Under the pieces are notes generated by a model. That model worked only from the letters and a program-made list of their open reading frames with translations, had not been told where the DNA came from and did no database searches. Shown here one piece after another: positions 7,557 through 15,493 of a stretch of DNA of 16,729 nucleotides (the stretch's first letter is position 1; every line of letters begins with the position of its first letter). The translations under genes and the position numbers were made by a program. Source of the stretch: a virus (lineage: Duplodnaviria; Heunggongvirae; Uroviricota; Caudoviricetes); IMG/VR virus record IMGVR_UViG_2619619126_000011, one strand, 5' to 3'.

Positions 7557-7575
7557 GTAACGCCTCGAGCGTTAC
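7557..7575. repeat. 19-bp palindrome GTAACGCCTCGAGCGTTAC (copy 2 of 3)
   Basis: Seen directly; lies inside the ydaU coding region. A half-site GCGTTACC follows at 7580-7587. Confidence 0.8.
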
Positions 7576-7748
7576 ACTCTGCGTTACCGTCTATCATTTG
7601 TTGATCCGCCCATGCCCAGAAGCGAATGACTTTCCCTAATGCGGCATCTGGATCAATATTCAGAATCTCAGCAAGCCTGAATATTTCCGGCTTATCCGGC
7701 GTAATAACTTCGAGCTTTATCCAGTTTGAAGCCATTTGTTTTCACCTT

Positions 7749-7767
7749 GTAACGCTCGCAGCGTTAC
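7749..7767. repeat. 19-bp palindrome GTAACGCTCGCAGCGTTAC (copy 3 of 3), immediately upstream of the ydaU RBS
   Basis: Seen directly; lies between the ydaT stop (7813) and the ydaU start (7735). Confidence 0.8.
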
Positions 7768-7812
7768 ATTTAACTGATACCGAACAAAACAGTTCGGTAC
7801 GATTAATTTCAA

Positions 7813-8235
7813 TCAATGCACTACGACAGAATCGCTAGGAGAACCGCCGCCGCTGAAATGTGCTTTACGGTAAACGGCCTGGACTGCATCATCATGCGCA
7901 TCAATTGCCGTACTCAGTGCATCCTGTGCCGCCAGTAATGCACGGCGTTCCAGGGTATCGAAGATGCAGAGTCGGTGACGCAGCTCGCGAGGAAGAATTG
8001 CCAGAACCGCAGGGATCAGTTTCTGAATTTTTTCCCTTTGCGCATTCGTTTCACCTTTCAACCAACGATGATAGATATTCTGCTGATTGTTCCAGTCCTT
8101 GCCTGGTACCAGGGGCAATTCGCCGCCCCCCTGGTGCAGATATTCTTCAGTAATTGCGTTAGCGACCCACGCCTGCCCTTTTTCGGCTGCCAGGGCTAAC
8201 AACACTGATTCGATGTGCTCATGCTTGATTTTCAT
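7813..8235 (-). CDS. ydaT: YdaT (cII-like prophage regulator/toxin), 140 aa
   Basis: MKIKHEHIESVLLALAAEKGQAWVANAITEEY..., with length and position as in K-12 Rac. Its start overlaps the upstream gene stop as ATGA. Confidence 0.85.
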   Translation of the reverse strand: MKIKHEHIESVLLALAAEKGQAWVANAITEEYLHQGGGELPLVPGKDWNNQQNIYHRWLKGETNAQREKIQKLIPAVLAILPRELRHRLCIFDTLERRALLAAQDALSTAIDAHDDAVQAVYRKAHFSGGGSPSDSVVVH

Positions 8236-8486
8236 GAATCAACTCCCATCAGCTTTTTCGTAGTAGTTTTATTTCTGCCAATAGTTAAAATTGCATCGGC
8301 AGAAAATAATCCGTTTGATGCATGAGCGATTTTTTCAGCGTAATATGTTTCGCCGGTATATTCTGTGCGAGGCAATTTTCCGTTATCCATCCATTTGTAG
8401 ATTGCTCTTTGGCTGACACCACAAACGTCGGCCACAACAGAAACGCGAACAGTTTTGATTACATCTTCAAGTGTTTTCTGGTTCAT
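8232..8486 (-). CDS. ydaS: Cro-like HTH regulator (positional YdaS equivalent), 84 aa from ATG 8486
   Basis: Divergent from racR and translationally coupled to ydaT. HTH segment VCGVSQRAIYKWMDNGKLP. Start 8486 has a GAGG RBS and leaves a 79-bp operator region; the ORF-track start at 8558 would leave only 7 bp. The gene symbol is positional; the length differs from what I recall for K-12 YdaS. Confidence 0.65.
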   Translation of the reverse strand: MNQKTLEDVIKTVRVSVVADVCGVSQRAIYKWMDNGKLPRTEYTGETYYAEKIAHASNGLFSADAILTIGRNKTTTKKLMGVDS

Positions 8487-8565
8487 ATCATCCTCACAAT
8501 GTGAACTTTGAGTACATGCTATAACAGAACTGACAGTACATTCAAGAGCGAATATCATTGAACTT
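8487..8565. promoter_or_regulatory. Divergent cro/racR control region with repeated AGTACAT motifs (OR-like)
   Basis: AGTACAT at 8511-8517 and 8535-8541, 24 bp apart, between the divergent start codons. Promoter elements not resolved. Confidence 0.35.
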
Positions 8566-8985
8566 ATGGTTCATGAAGATAAAGCGCGTAAAGAGTTCGC
8601 CAGTAGGCTTGCGCTAGCCTGTGAAAACGCTGGTTATGAACAACATGGAAGGCAGGCAGAAATTGCCCGTCGAATGAAATTAACACCAAAAGCGGTTAGC
8701 AAATGGTTTAATGGTGAAACAATTCCTCGCCGAGAGAAATTAAGGGAATTAGCAACACTCATTGGAACAACACCAACCTATCTTTTGGGAGAGGATACAG
8801 AAGAAAGTGGACAGATACGTTTCTATCAGGAGTTAAATCCAAGACAAAAAATCATCATTGACCTTCTGGACGAGCTCCCTGACAGTGAGACAGATGAACT
8901 TTTAAAAACTCTTGAGGAGAAAAAACAGAAGTACAATGCAATTTACGAAGAGTTAGCACGAAAGAAAAAACAAAAAGCCTCTTAA
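8566..8985 (+). CDS. racR: RacR prophage repressor (HTH, no recognisable S24 peptidase domain), 139 aa
   Basis: MVHEDKARKEFASRLALACENAGYEQHGRQAEIARRMKLTPKAVSKWFNGETIP has an HTH. It sits divergent from the cro/ydaT operon as in K-12 Rac. An in-frame stop at 8509-8511 forbids a longer N-terminus. Confidence 0.8.
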   Translation: MVHEDKARKEFASRLALACENAGYEQHGRQAEIARRMKLTPKAVSKWFNGETIPRREKLRELATLIGTTPTYLLGEDTEESGQIRFYQELNPRQKIIIDLLDELPDSETDELLKTLEEKKQKYNAIYEELARKKKQKAS

Positions 8986-9052
8986 ACCAGCATAAATCCG
9001 GTAGCGTCCCCCTCCGGGTTTGTGCTTCACTTTATCCCGTCTCATTTTTTTA

Positions 9053-9105
9053 TACATAAAATGTACTTAAAGTACTTTACAATGATGAACACAAAGTACA
9101 TTATA
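9053..9105. promoter_or_regulatory. OL-like operator/promoter candidate downstream of racR, with overlapping palindromes and AGTACAT-family motifs
   Basis: TACATAAAATGTA (9053-9065), GTACTTAAAGTAC (9063-9075), ATGTACT (9061-9067, reverse complement of AGTACAT) and AGTACAT (9095-9101), all upstream of the rightward ydaG-ydaF-kilR-racC-recET genes. Confidence 0.3.
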
Positions 9106-9272
9106 TACCTACCAACCCACCCCGCCCCACAGAACGCCGGGCAATACTTCGAGTTACCAGGCAGTGGTCAGGGGTTAAGTAGCCAGCCCGAGGCGTATGA
9201 ACATGACGGCGGGATTCAAATTTTGCAGTGCAGCAGTTAGTTCCGCCACCCGGCGTTAAGGGGATAGATAAG

Positions 9273-9407
9273 ATGGTGCATTACGAAGTAGTTCAGTATT
9301 TGATGGATTGTTGCGGTATCACTTACAACCAGGCTGTGCAGGCTTTACGCAGCAACGACTGGGATCTCTGGCAGGCAGAAGTCGCTATACGTAGCAACAA
9401 GATGTGA
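9273..9407 (+). CDS. ydaG: Small Rac prophage protein YdaG, 44 aa
   Basis: ATG 9273 preceded by AAGGGGAT, translating to MVHYEVVQYLMDCCGITYNQAVQALRSNDWDLWQAEVAIRSNKM. Below the ORF-track size cut-off. Matches K-12 Rac by position and size. Confidence 0.7.
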   Translation: MVHYEVVQYLMDCCGITYNQAVQALRSNDWDLWQAEVAIRSNKM

Positions 9408-9417
9408 GATTCGCAAA

Positions 9418-9573
9418 ATGCAAAAAATCGACCTCGGCAACAACGAATCCCTGGTGTGCGGCGTGTTCCCCAACCAGGATGGAACGTTCACTGCCATGAC
9501 GTATACCAAAAGCAAAACATTTAAAACCGAAACTGGTGCGCGCCGATGGTTGGAGAAGCACACAGTAAGCTAA
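9418..9573 (+). CDS. ydaF: Small Rac prophage protein YdaF, 51 aa
   Basis: Translating to MQKIDLGNNESLVCGVFPNQDGTFTAMTYTKSKTFKTETGARRWLEKHTVS. Its 3' end overlaps the sieB 3' end by 4 bp, convergently. The RBS is weak. Confidence 0.65.
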   Translation: MQKIDLGNNESLVCGVFPNQDGTFTAMTYTKSKTFKTETGARRWLEKHTVS

Positions 9574-10058
9574 CGATTAAAACGTCTACTCCTGCTGTTC
9601 CAGAATAACTTCATAAAATGGGAGTATTTTTCGGTGACGAGATAATAAGAACAGTTTGCGCTATCACTCTGATGTTGAATGATGCCCTTCCGTTCTAATT
9701 TTTTCATAACCGGGTTACGGCAAGGAGAAGTGATAATAAGATTTCCTGTTTTAAGGAAATCTTTAAATACAGCGATTTCTTTCTCAGATAAACGAAGCAA
9801 TACTCGTTGCTCTGGTAGTAATGAATAATGCTTTTGAATATGTGCTCGCAATCTTGTGAAGGAAATGGCGACCACGAAAGAAAAGGCAAAAACGATAATC
9901 TGAAAGAGCCAAGGTATTTCAGTATAAGCATTGAATGCGACAGTAAACTCTTTCGGTATCAGCCAGAGAGTGAGACCAAAAATGATAATCGTATACATAA
10001 GTCTTTCGAGTGGCTCGTTAGCAAAAAGTTTCAACAATGGAGTAAATACATCCAACAT
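9570..10058 (-). CDS. sieB: Superinfection exclusion protein SieB, 162 aa
   Basis: ATG at 10058 (MLDVFTPLLKLF...) followed by hydrophobic helices. Length matches K-12 SieB. The ORF-track N-terminal extension to 10181 is not supported. Confidence 0.85.
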   Translation of the reverse strand: MLDVFTPLLKLFANEPLERLMYTIIIFGLTLWLIPKEFTVAFNAYTEIPWLFQIIVFAFSFVVAISFTRLRAHIQKHYSLLPEQRVLLRLSEKEIAVFKDFLKTGNLIITSPCRNPVMKKLERKGIIQHQSDSANCSYYLVTEKYSHFMKLFWNSRSRRFNR

Positions 10059-10499
10059 ATCAATAACTCTCAACTGTAAGGGTATTGAAATGTTAACACA
10101 AGCTCTCGCTGTAGGGGTATAGCCGAGACCACCGAAGCCCGGAGGTGGTGAAATAAAACCGGGCACAACACGAAGGCGCATTTCCGATATCCATAAAGAG
10201 TCGGTCTTGTCTGTTAAATTTAAATGGTGGGAGTGCGCCTCCGGTTGTAAATAACGACATTGCTGTGTGTAGTCCTGGCGGCATCAGTTTTTTTCTTGAA
10301 GTTCGGCTGATGTCCGCCCTTTTTAAAGTGAATTTTGTGATGCGGTGAATGCGGCTAAGCGCACGTGGCACAGTTAAAAGTCATGTTAGTCCTTATTGGT
10401 TTGGGTGGGAAAGCCGACTGTAATTGTTAACTGGTTGCAGTCACCTGGAGGCACCAGGCACCGCATCAACAAAGTTCATTTGTAAAAATGGAGATAATT

Positions 10500-10721
10500 A
10501 TGATTGCACATCACTTCGGAACTGATGAAATACCACGTCAGTGTGTGACTCCTGGCGATTATGTTCTTCATGAAGGCCGGACATATATTGCCTCGGCAAA
10601 CAATATTAAAAAGCGAAAACTATATATTCGTAACCTGACCACAAAAACATGCATTACTGACCGCATGATTAAAGTCTTCCTCGGTCGTGATGGTTTACCT
10701 GTAAAGGCGGAGTCATGGTGA
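10500..10721 (+). CDS. kilR: KilR (FtsZ-inhibiting killing protein of Rac), 73 aa
   Basis: [35 protein letters not shown]..., ATG 10500 with a GGAG RBS. Confidence 0.85.
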   Translation: MIAHHFGTDEIPRQCVTPGDYVLHEGRTYIASANNIKKRKLYIRNLTTKTCITDRMIKVFLGRDGLPVKAESW

Positions 10722-10891
10722 TGACTAAGAAAATAAAATGTGCTTGCCACCTTTGCAAAAAAGACGTTGAAGAAAGCAAAGCTATTGAAAGAATGCTTCA
10801 CTTCATGCACGGGATTTTATCAAAAGACGAACCGAGAAAATATTGCAGTGAAGCTTGTGCCGAAAAAGACCAGATGGCACATGAACTTTAA
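10721..10891 (+). CDS. ydaE: YdaE, small zinc-ribbon-like protein, 56 aa
   Basis: ATG overlaps the kilR stop (TGATG) and translates to [56 protein letters not shown]. Below the ORF-track cut-off. Confidence 0.7.
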   Translation: MTKKIKCACHLCKKDVEESKAIERMLHFMHGILSKDEPRKYCSEACAEKDQMAHEL

Positions 10892-10965
10892 TTAATTGAC
10901 TATTCGAAACTGAATTTATGCCAGAAATGGCAGGTATTCGCTCAACCTTAATTAAGGAGAAAAAC

Positions 10966-11241
10966 ATGATTACCAATTATGAAGCCACTGTTGTAACTAC
11001 CGATGACATTGTTCACGAGGTGAATCTGGAAGGAAAGCGCATTGGCTACGTAATTAAAACAGAAAATAAAGAAACCCCATTCACTGTGGTTGATATCGAT
11101 GGTCCATCAGGCAACGTAAAAACACTTGATGAAGGTGTCAAAAAAATGTGCCTGGTGCATATCGGAAAGAATCTGCCCGCAGAAAAAAAAGCCGAATTTC
11201 TGGCAACTCTAATTGCAATGAAATTAAAAGGTGAAATCTGA
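10966..11241 (+). CDS. racC: RacC, 91 aa
   Basis: ATG 10966 preceded by an AAGGAG RBS (MITNYEATVVTTDDIVHEV...). Length and position as in K-12 Rac. Confidence 0.85.
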   Translation: MITNYEATVVTTDDIVHEVNLEGKRIGYVIKTENKETPFTVVDIDGPSGNVKTLDEGVKKMCLVHIGKNLPAEKKAEFLATLIAMKLKGEI

Positions 11242-11246
11242 AAGAA

Positions 11247-11271
11247 ATAGCCTGCGTATGGCGCAGGCTAT
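11247..11271 (+). other. Strong hairpin between racC and recE (10-bp stem ATAGCCTGCG / CGCAGGCTAT, 5-nt loop)
   Basis: Perfect inverted repeat starting 6 bp after the racC stop. No U-tract follows, so it is not a canonical intrinsic terminator; it may be an attenuator, an RNA stability element or a protein site. Confidence 0.35.
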
Positions 11272-11342
11272 GAACAGTGTGTATCCGGCAAGATCATTCA
11301 CTGAACAAAACGAATTTTAATCTGAGTTGAGGTTAAAAAACA

Positions 11343-13943
11343 ATGAGCACAAAACCACTCTTCCTGTTACGGAAAGCGAAAAAATCATCCGGTGAACCTG
11401 ACGTCGTCCTGTGGGCAAGCAACGATTTTGAATCGACCTGTGCCACTCTGGACTACCTGATCGTTAAGTCAGGTAAAAAACTGAGCAGCTATTTTAAAGC
11501 TGTTGCCACGAATTTTCCTGTCGTTAATGACCTGCCCGCTGAAGGTGAGATCGATTTTACCTGGAGTGAACGCTATCAACTCAGCAAAGACTCCATGACA
11601 TGGGAACTAAAACCGGGAGCAGCACCAGACAACGCTCACTATCAAGGCAATACCAACGTCAACGGCGAAGACATGACTGAGATTGAGGAGAATATGCTAC
11701 TCCCAATTTCTGGCCAGGAACTGCCCATTCGTTGGCTTGCTCAACACGGCAGCGAAAAACCGGTAACGCACGTTTCACGCGACGGACTCCAGGCATTACA
11801 CATTGCTCGGGCTGAAGAACTACCGGCTGTTACTGCCCTGGCTGTTTCCCACAAAACCAGCCTGCTCGACCCGCTGGAAATTCGCGAACTCCACAAACTG
11901 GTTCGTGACACTGACAAAGTTTTCCCTAATCCTGGTAATTCAAACCTGGGACTGATAACTGCTTTTTTCGAAGCATACCTGAACGCTGACTACACCGATC
12001 GAGGACTGCTGACAAAAGAGTGGATGAAGGGTAATCGTGTTTCACACATCACTCGCACGGCTTCCGGTGCTAATGCTGGCGGCGGAAACCTCACCGATCG
12101 CGGCGAAGGTTTCGTACACGATCTGACGTCACTGGCGCGCGACGTAGCCACTGGCGTACTGGCCCGTTCAATGGATCTGGACATCTATAACCTTCATCCG
12201 GCACACGCTAAACGCATTGAGGAAATTATCGCTGAAAATAAACCGCCCTTTTCTGTTTTCCGCGACAAATTCATCACCATGCCTGGCGGGCTGGATTATT
12301 CCCGCGCCATCGTGGTTGCGTCCGTAAAAGAAGCACCAATTGGGATCGAGGTCATCCCCGCGCACGTCACTGAATATCTGAACAAAGCACTGACTGAAAC
12401 CGATCATGCCAACCCTGATCCGGAAATCGTGGATATTGCCTGCGGTCGCTCCTCTGCCCCGATGCCGCAGCGAGTAACAGAAGAAGGAAAACAGGATGAT
12501 GAAGAAAAACCGCAACCATCTGGAACAACGGCAGTTGAACAGGGAGAGGCTGAAACAATGGAACCGGACGCAACTGAACATCATCAGGACACGCAGCCGC
12601 TGGATGCTCAGTCACAGGTAAATTCTGTTGATGCGAAATATCAGGAACTGCGGGCAGAACTCCATGAAGCCCGGAAAAACATTCCATCAAAAAATCCTGT
12701 CGATGCCGATAAATTGCTTGCTGCATCACGTGGTGAATTTGTTGACGGAATTAGCGACCCGAACGATCCGAAATGGGTAAAGGGGATCCAGACTCGCGAT
12801 TGTGTGTACCAGAACCAGCCAGAAACGGAAAAAACCAGCCCAGATATGAATCAACCTGAGCCAGTAGTGCAACAGGAACCGGAAATAGCCTGCAATGCCT
12901 GCGGCCAGACTGGCGGGGGTAACTGCCCTGACTGTGGGGCGGTGATGGGCGACGCAACATACCAGGAAACATTCGATGAAGAGAGTCAGGTTGAAGCTAA
13001 GGAAAATGATCCGGAGGAAATGGAAGGCGCTGAACATCCGCACAATGAGAATGCTGGCAGCGATCCGCATCGCGATTGCAGTGATGAAACTGGCGAAGTC
13101 GCAGATCCCGTAATCGTAGAAGACATAGAGCCAGGTATTTATTACGGAATTTCGAATGAGAATTACCACGCGGGTCCCGGTATCAGTAAGTCTCAGCTCG
13201 ATGACATTGCTGATACTCCGGCACTATATTTGTGGCGTAAAAATGCCCCCGTGGACACCACAAAGACAAAAACGCTCGATTTAGGAACTGCTTTCCACTG
13301 CCGGGTACTTGAACCGGAAGAATTCAGTAACCGCTTTATCGTAGCACCTGAATTTAACCGCCGTACAAACGCCGGAAAAGAAGAAGAGAAAGCGTTTCTG
13401 ATGGAATGCGCAAGCACAGGAAAAACGGTTATCACTGCGGAAGAAGGCCGGAAAATTGAACTCATGTATCAAAGCGTTATGGCTTTGCCGCTGGGGCAAT
13501 GGCTTGTTGAAAGCGCCGGACACGCTGAATCATCAATTTACTGGAAAGATCCTGAAACAGGAATTTTGTGTCGGTGCCGTCCGGACAAAATTATCCCTGA
13601 ATTTCACTGGATCATGGACGTGAAAACTACGGCGGATATTCAACGATTCAAAACCGCTTATTACGACTACCGCTATCACGTTCAGGATGCATTCTACAGT
13701 GACGGTTATGAAGCACAGTTTGGAGTGCAGCCAACTTTCGTTTTTCTGGTTGCCAGCACAACTATTGAATGCGGACGTTATCCGGTTGAAATTTTCATGA
13801 TGGGCGAAGAAGCAAAACTGGCAGGTCAACAGGAATATCACCGCAATCTGCGAACCCTGTCTGACTGCCTGAATACCGATGAATGGCCAGCTATTAAGAC
13901 ATTATCACTGCCCCGCTGGGCTAAGGAATATGCAAATGACTAA
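11343..13943 (+). CDS. recE: RecE (exonuclease VIII), full length, 866 aa
   Basis: [30 protein letters not shown]... Length matches K-12 RecE. It sits directly upstream of recT with the stop overlapping the recT start. Confidence 0.95.
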   Translation: MSTKPLFLLRKAKKSSGEPDVVLWASNDFESTCATLDYLIVKSGKKLSSYFKAVATNFPVVNDLPAEGEIDFTWSERYQLSKDSMTWELKPGAAPDNAHYQGNTNVNGEDMTEIEENMLLPISGQELPIRWLAQHGSEKPVTHVSRDGLQALHIARAEELPAVTALAVSHKTSLLDPLEIRELHKLVRDTDKVFPNPGNSNLGLITAFFEAYLNADYTDRGLLTKEWMKGNRVSHITRTASGANAGGGNLTDRGEGFVHDLTSLARDVATGVLARSMDLDIYNLHPAHAKRIEEIIAENKPPFSVFRDKFITMPGGLDYSRAIVVASVKEAPIGIEVIPAHVTEYLNKALTETDHANPDPEIVDIACGRSSAPMPQRVTEEGKQDDEEKPQPSGTTAVEQGEAETMEPDATEHHQDTQPLDAQSQVNSVDAKYQELRAELHEARKNIPSKNPVDADKLLAASRGEFVDGISDPNDPKWVKGIQTRDCVYQNQPETEKTSPDMNQPEPVVQQEPEIACNACGQTGGGNCPDCGAVMGDATYQETFDEESQVEAKENDPEEMEGAEHPHNENAGSDPHRDCSDETGEVADPVIVEDIEPGIYYGISNENYHAGPGISKSQLDDIADTPALYLWRKNAPVDTTKTKTLDLGTAFHCRVLEPEEFSNRFIVAPEFNRRTNAGKEEEKAFLMECASTGKTVITAEEGRKIELMYQSVMALPLGQWLVESAGHAESSIYWKDPETGILCRCRPDKIIPEFHWIMDVKTTADIQRFKTAYYDYRYHVQDAFYSDGYEAQFGVQPTFVFLVASTTIECGRYPVEIFMMGEEAKLAGQQEYHRNLRTLSDCLNTDEWPAIKTLSLPRWAKEYAND

Positions 13944-14745
13944 GCAACCACCAATCGCAAAAGCCGATCTGCAAAAAACTCAGGGAAACCGTGCACCAGC
14001 AGCAGTTAAAAATAGCGACGTGATTAGTTTTATTAACCAGCCATCAATGAAAGAGCAACTGGCAGCAGCTCTTCCACGCCATATGACGGCTGAACGTATG
14101 ATCCGTATCGCCACCACAGAAATTCGTAAAGTTCCGGCGTTAGGAAACTGTGACACTATGAGTTTTGTCAGTGCGATCGTACAGTGTTCACAGCTCGGAC
14201 TTGAGCCAGGTAGCGCCCTCGGTCATGCATATTTACTGCCTTTTGGTAATAAAAACGAAAAGAGCGGTAAAAAGAACGTTCAGCTAATCATTGGCTATCG
14301 CGGCATGATTGATCTGGCTCGCCGTTCTGGTCAAATCGCCAGCCTGTCAGCCCGTGTTGTCCGTGAAGGTGACGAGTTTAGCTTCGAATTTGGCCTTGAT
14401 GAAAAGTTAATACACCGCCCGGGAGAAAACGAAGATGCCCCGGTTACCCACGTCTATGCTGTCGCAAGACTGAAAGACGGAGGTACTCAGTTTGAAGTTA
14501 TGACGCGCAAACAGATTGAGCTGGTGCGCAGCCTGAGTAAAGCTGGTAATAACGGGCCGTGGGTAACTCACTGGGAAGAAATGGCAAAGAAAACGGCTAT
14601 TCGTCGCCTGTTCAAATATCTGCCCGTATCAATTGAGATCCAGCGTGCAGTATCAATGGATGAAAAGGAACCACTGACAATCGATCCTGCAGATTCCTCT
14701 GTATTAACCGGGGAATACAGTGTAATTGATAATTCAGAGGAATAA
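13936..14745 (+). CDS. recT: RecT single-strand annealing recombinase, 269 aa
   Basis: [59 protein letters not shown]... The ATG lies within AATGACTAA, overlapping the recE stop. Confidence 0.95.
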   Translation: MTKQPPIAKADLQKTQGNRAPAAVKNSDVISFINQPSMKEQLAAALPRHMTAERMIRIATTEIRKVPALGNCDTMSFVSAIVQCSQLGLEPGSALGHAYLLPFGNKNEKSGKKNVQLIIGYRGMIDLARRSGQIASLSARVVREGDEFSFEFGLDEKLIHRPGENEDAPVTHVYAVARLKDGGTQFEVMTRKQIELVRSLSKAGNNGPWVTHWEEMAKKTAIRRLFKYLPVSIEIQRAVSMDEKEPLTIDPADSSVLTGEYSVIDNSEE

Positions 14746-14801
14746 TTCAGCCTGGCGGGGTAATGCACCGCCAACTTGAAATATTTTTTATGAGAAAAAT
14801 T

Positions 14802-14996
14802 ATGAGATATGACAATGTTAAACCATGTCCATTTTGTGGTTGTCCATCAGTAACGGTGAAAGCCATTTCAGGATATTACCGAGCGAAGTGTAACGGATGC
14901 GAATCCCGAACCGGTTATGGTGGAAGTGAAAAAGAAGCACTCGAAAGATGGAATAAACGAACCACTGGAAATAATAATGGAGGTGTTCATGTATAA
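14802..14996 (+). CDS. ralR: Restriction alleviation protein Lar/RalR, 64 aa
   Basis: MRYDNVKPCPFCGCPSVTVKAISGYYRAKCNGCESRTGYGGSEKEALERWNKR, with CxxC...CxxC. Position is downstream of recT as in Rac. Confidence 0.85.
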   Translation: MRYDNVKPCPFCGCPSVTVKAISGYYRAKCNGCESRTGYGGSEKEALERWNKRTTGNNNGGVHV

Positions 14997-15198
14997 AATT
15001 ACCGCCACTATTGAAAAGGAAGGTGGCACTCCTACTAACTGGACAAGATATTCAAAATCTAAACTAACGAAATCAGAATGCGAAAAAATGCTCTCAGGTA
15101 AAAAAGAAGCAGGCGTTTCCAGAGAGCAGAAAGTAAAACTGATAAATTTTAATTGCGAGAAACTTCAGTCCTCGAGAATTGCATTGTATTCAAATTAA
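14989..15198 (+). CDS. ydaC: YdaC (RcbA), 69 aa
   Basis: ATG 14989 with a GGAGGT RBS (MYKITATIEKEGGTPTNWTRYSKSKLTKSECEKMLSGKKEAG...). It overlaps the ralR 3' end. Confidence 0.8.
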   Translation: MYKITATIEKEGGTPTNWTRYSKSKLTKSECEKMLSGKKEAGVSREQKVKLINFNCEKLQSSRIALYSN

Positions 15199-15210
15199 AA
15201 CTTCATAGCT

Positions 15211-15224
15211 GATTATTAATAATC
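15211..15224. repeat. 14-bp perfect palindrome GATTATTAATAATC upstream of xis
   Basis: Seen directly between ydaC and xisR. Confidence 0.8.
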
Positions 15225-15276
15225 AACATCGGGCGTCAATTTCAGTCTAACATTGGCGCCTGCCAGAGGTGATGCG

Positions 15277-15492
15277 ATGGCACAAGTAATCTTTAATGAA
15301 GAGTGGATGGTTGAATACGGCCTGATGCTTCGCACTGGTCTGGGGGCCAGACAAATTGAAGCATACCGCCAGAACTGTTGGGTGGAGGGCTTCCACTTCA
15401 AACGAGTATCTCCTTTAGGTAAGCCAGACAGCAAACGAGGGATTATCTGGTACAACTATCCAAAGATAAATCAGTTTATCAAAGACTCATGA
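15277..15492 (+). CDS. xisR: Excisionase XisR (YdaQ), 71 aa
   Basis: ATG 15277 ([46 protein letters not shown]...). Its stop is 1 bp from the int start. The ORF-track TTG start at 15253 is less likely. Confidence 0.8.
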   Translation: MAQVIFNEEWMVEYGLMLRTGLGARQIEAYRQNCWVEGFHFKRVSPLGKPDSKRGIIWYNYPKINQFIKDS

Positions 15493-15493
15493 T

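Larger units (their letters stand above)
6952..7735 (-). pseudogene. ydaU: Replication-initiator-like gene (Rac YdaU family) split by a +1 frameshift in an A7 run
   Basis: Two overlapping ORFs in different frames (7364..7735 and 6952..7497). Removing one base from the T7 run at 7420-7426 fuses them into a single 260-codon frame reading ...GKSSKKRAVTNERVTKIRELKRK.... Start ATG 7735 has an AAGGTG RBS. Confidence 0.7.

Noticed and set aside
8487-8558. 108-aa Cro-like protein from the ATG at 8558
   Set aside because: It would leave only 7 bp between the divergent cro and racR start codons, with no room for a promoter or operator; the ATG at 8486 has a GAGG RBS.
9022-9240. 72-aa plus-strand ORF between racR and ydaG
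   Set aside because: It covers the palindrome-rich operator-like region, has a low-complexity translation and no RBS; more likely regulatory DNA than a gene.
9570-10181. Longer 203-aa version of sieB starting at 10181
   Set aside because: The extra 41 residues are proline/glycine-rich with no RBS; the ATG at 10058 gives the 162-aa SieB length I recall for Rac.
10093-10371. 92-aa minus-strand ORF in the sieB-kilR intergenic region
   Set aside because: No RBS and no recognisable fold; the region probably holds the kilR-operon and sieB promoters.
11990-13841. Multiple minus-strand ORFs (64-147 aa) inside recE
   Set aside because: All antisense to a well-supported 866-aa recE frame, and their proline/arginine-rich or hydrophobic low-complexity translations are typical of antisense reading of a coding region.
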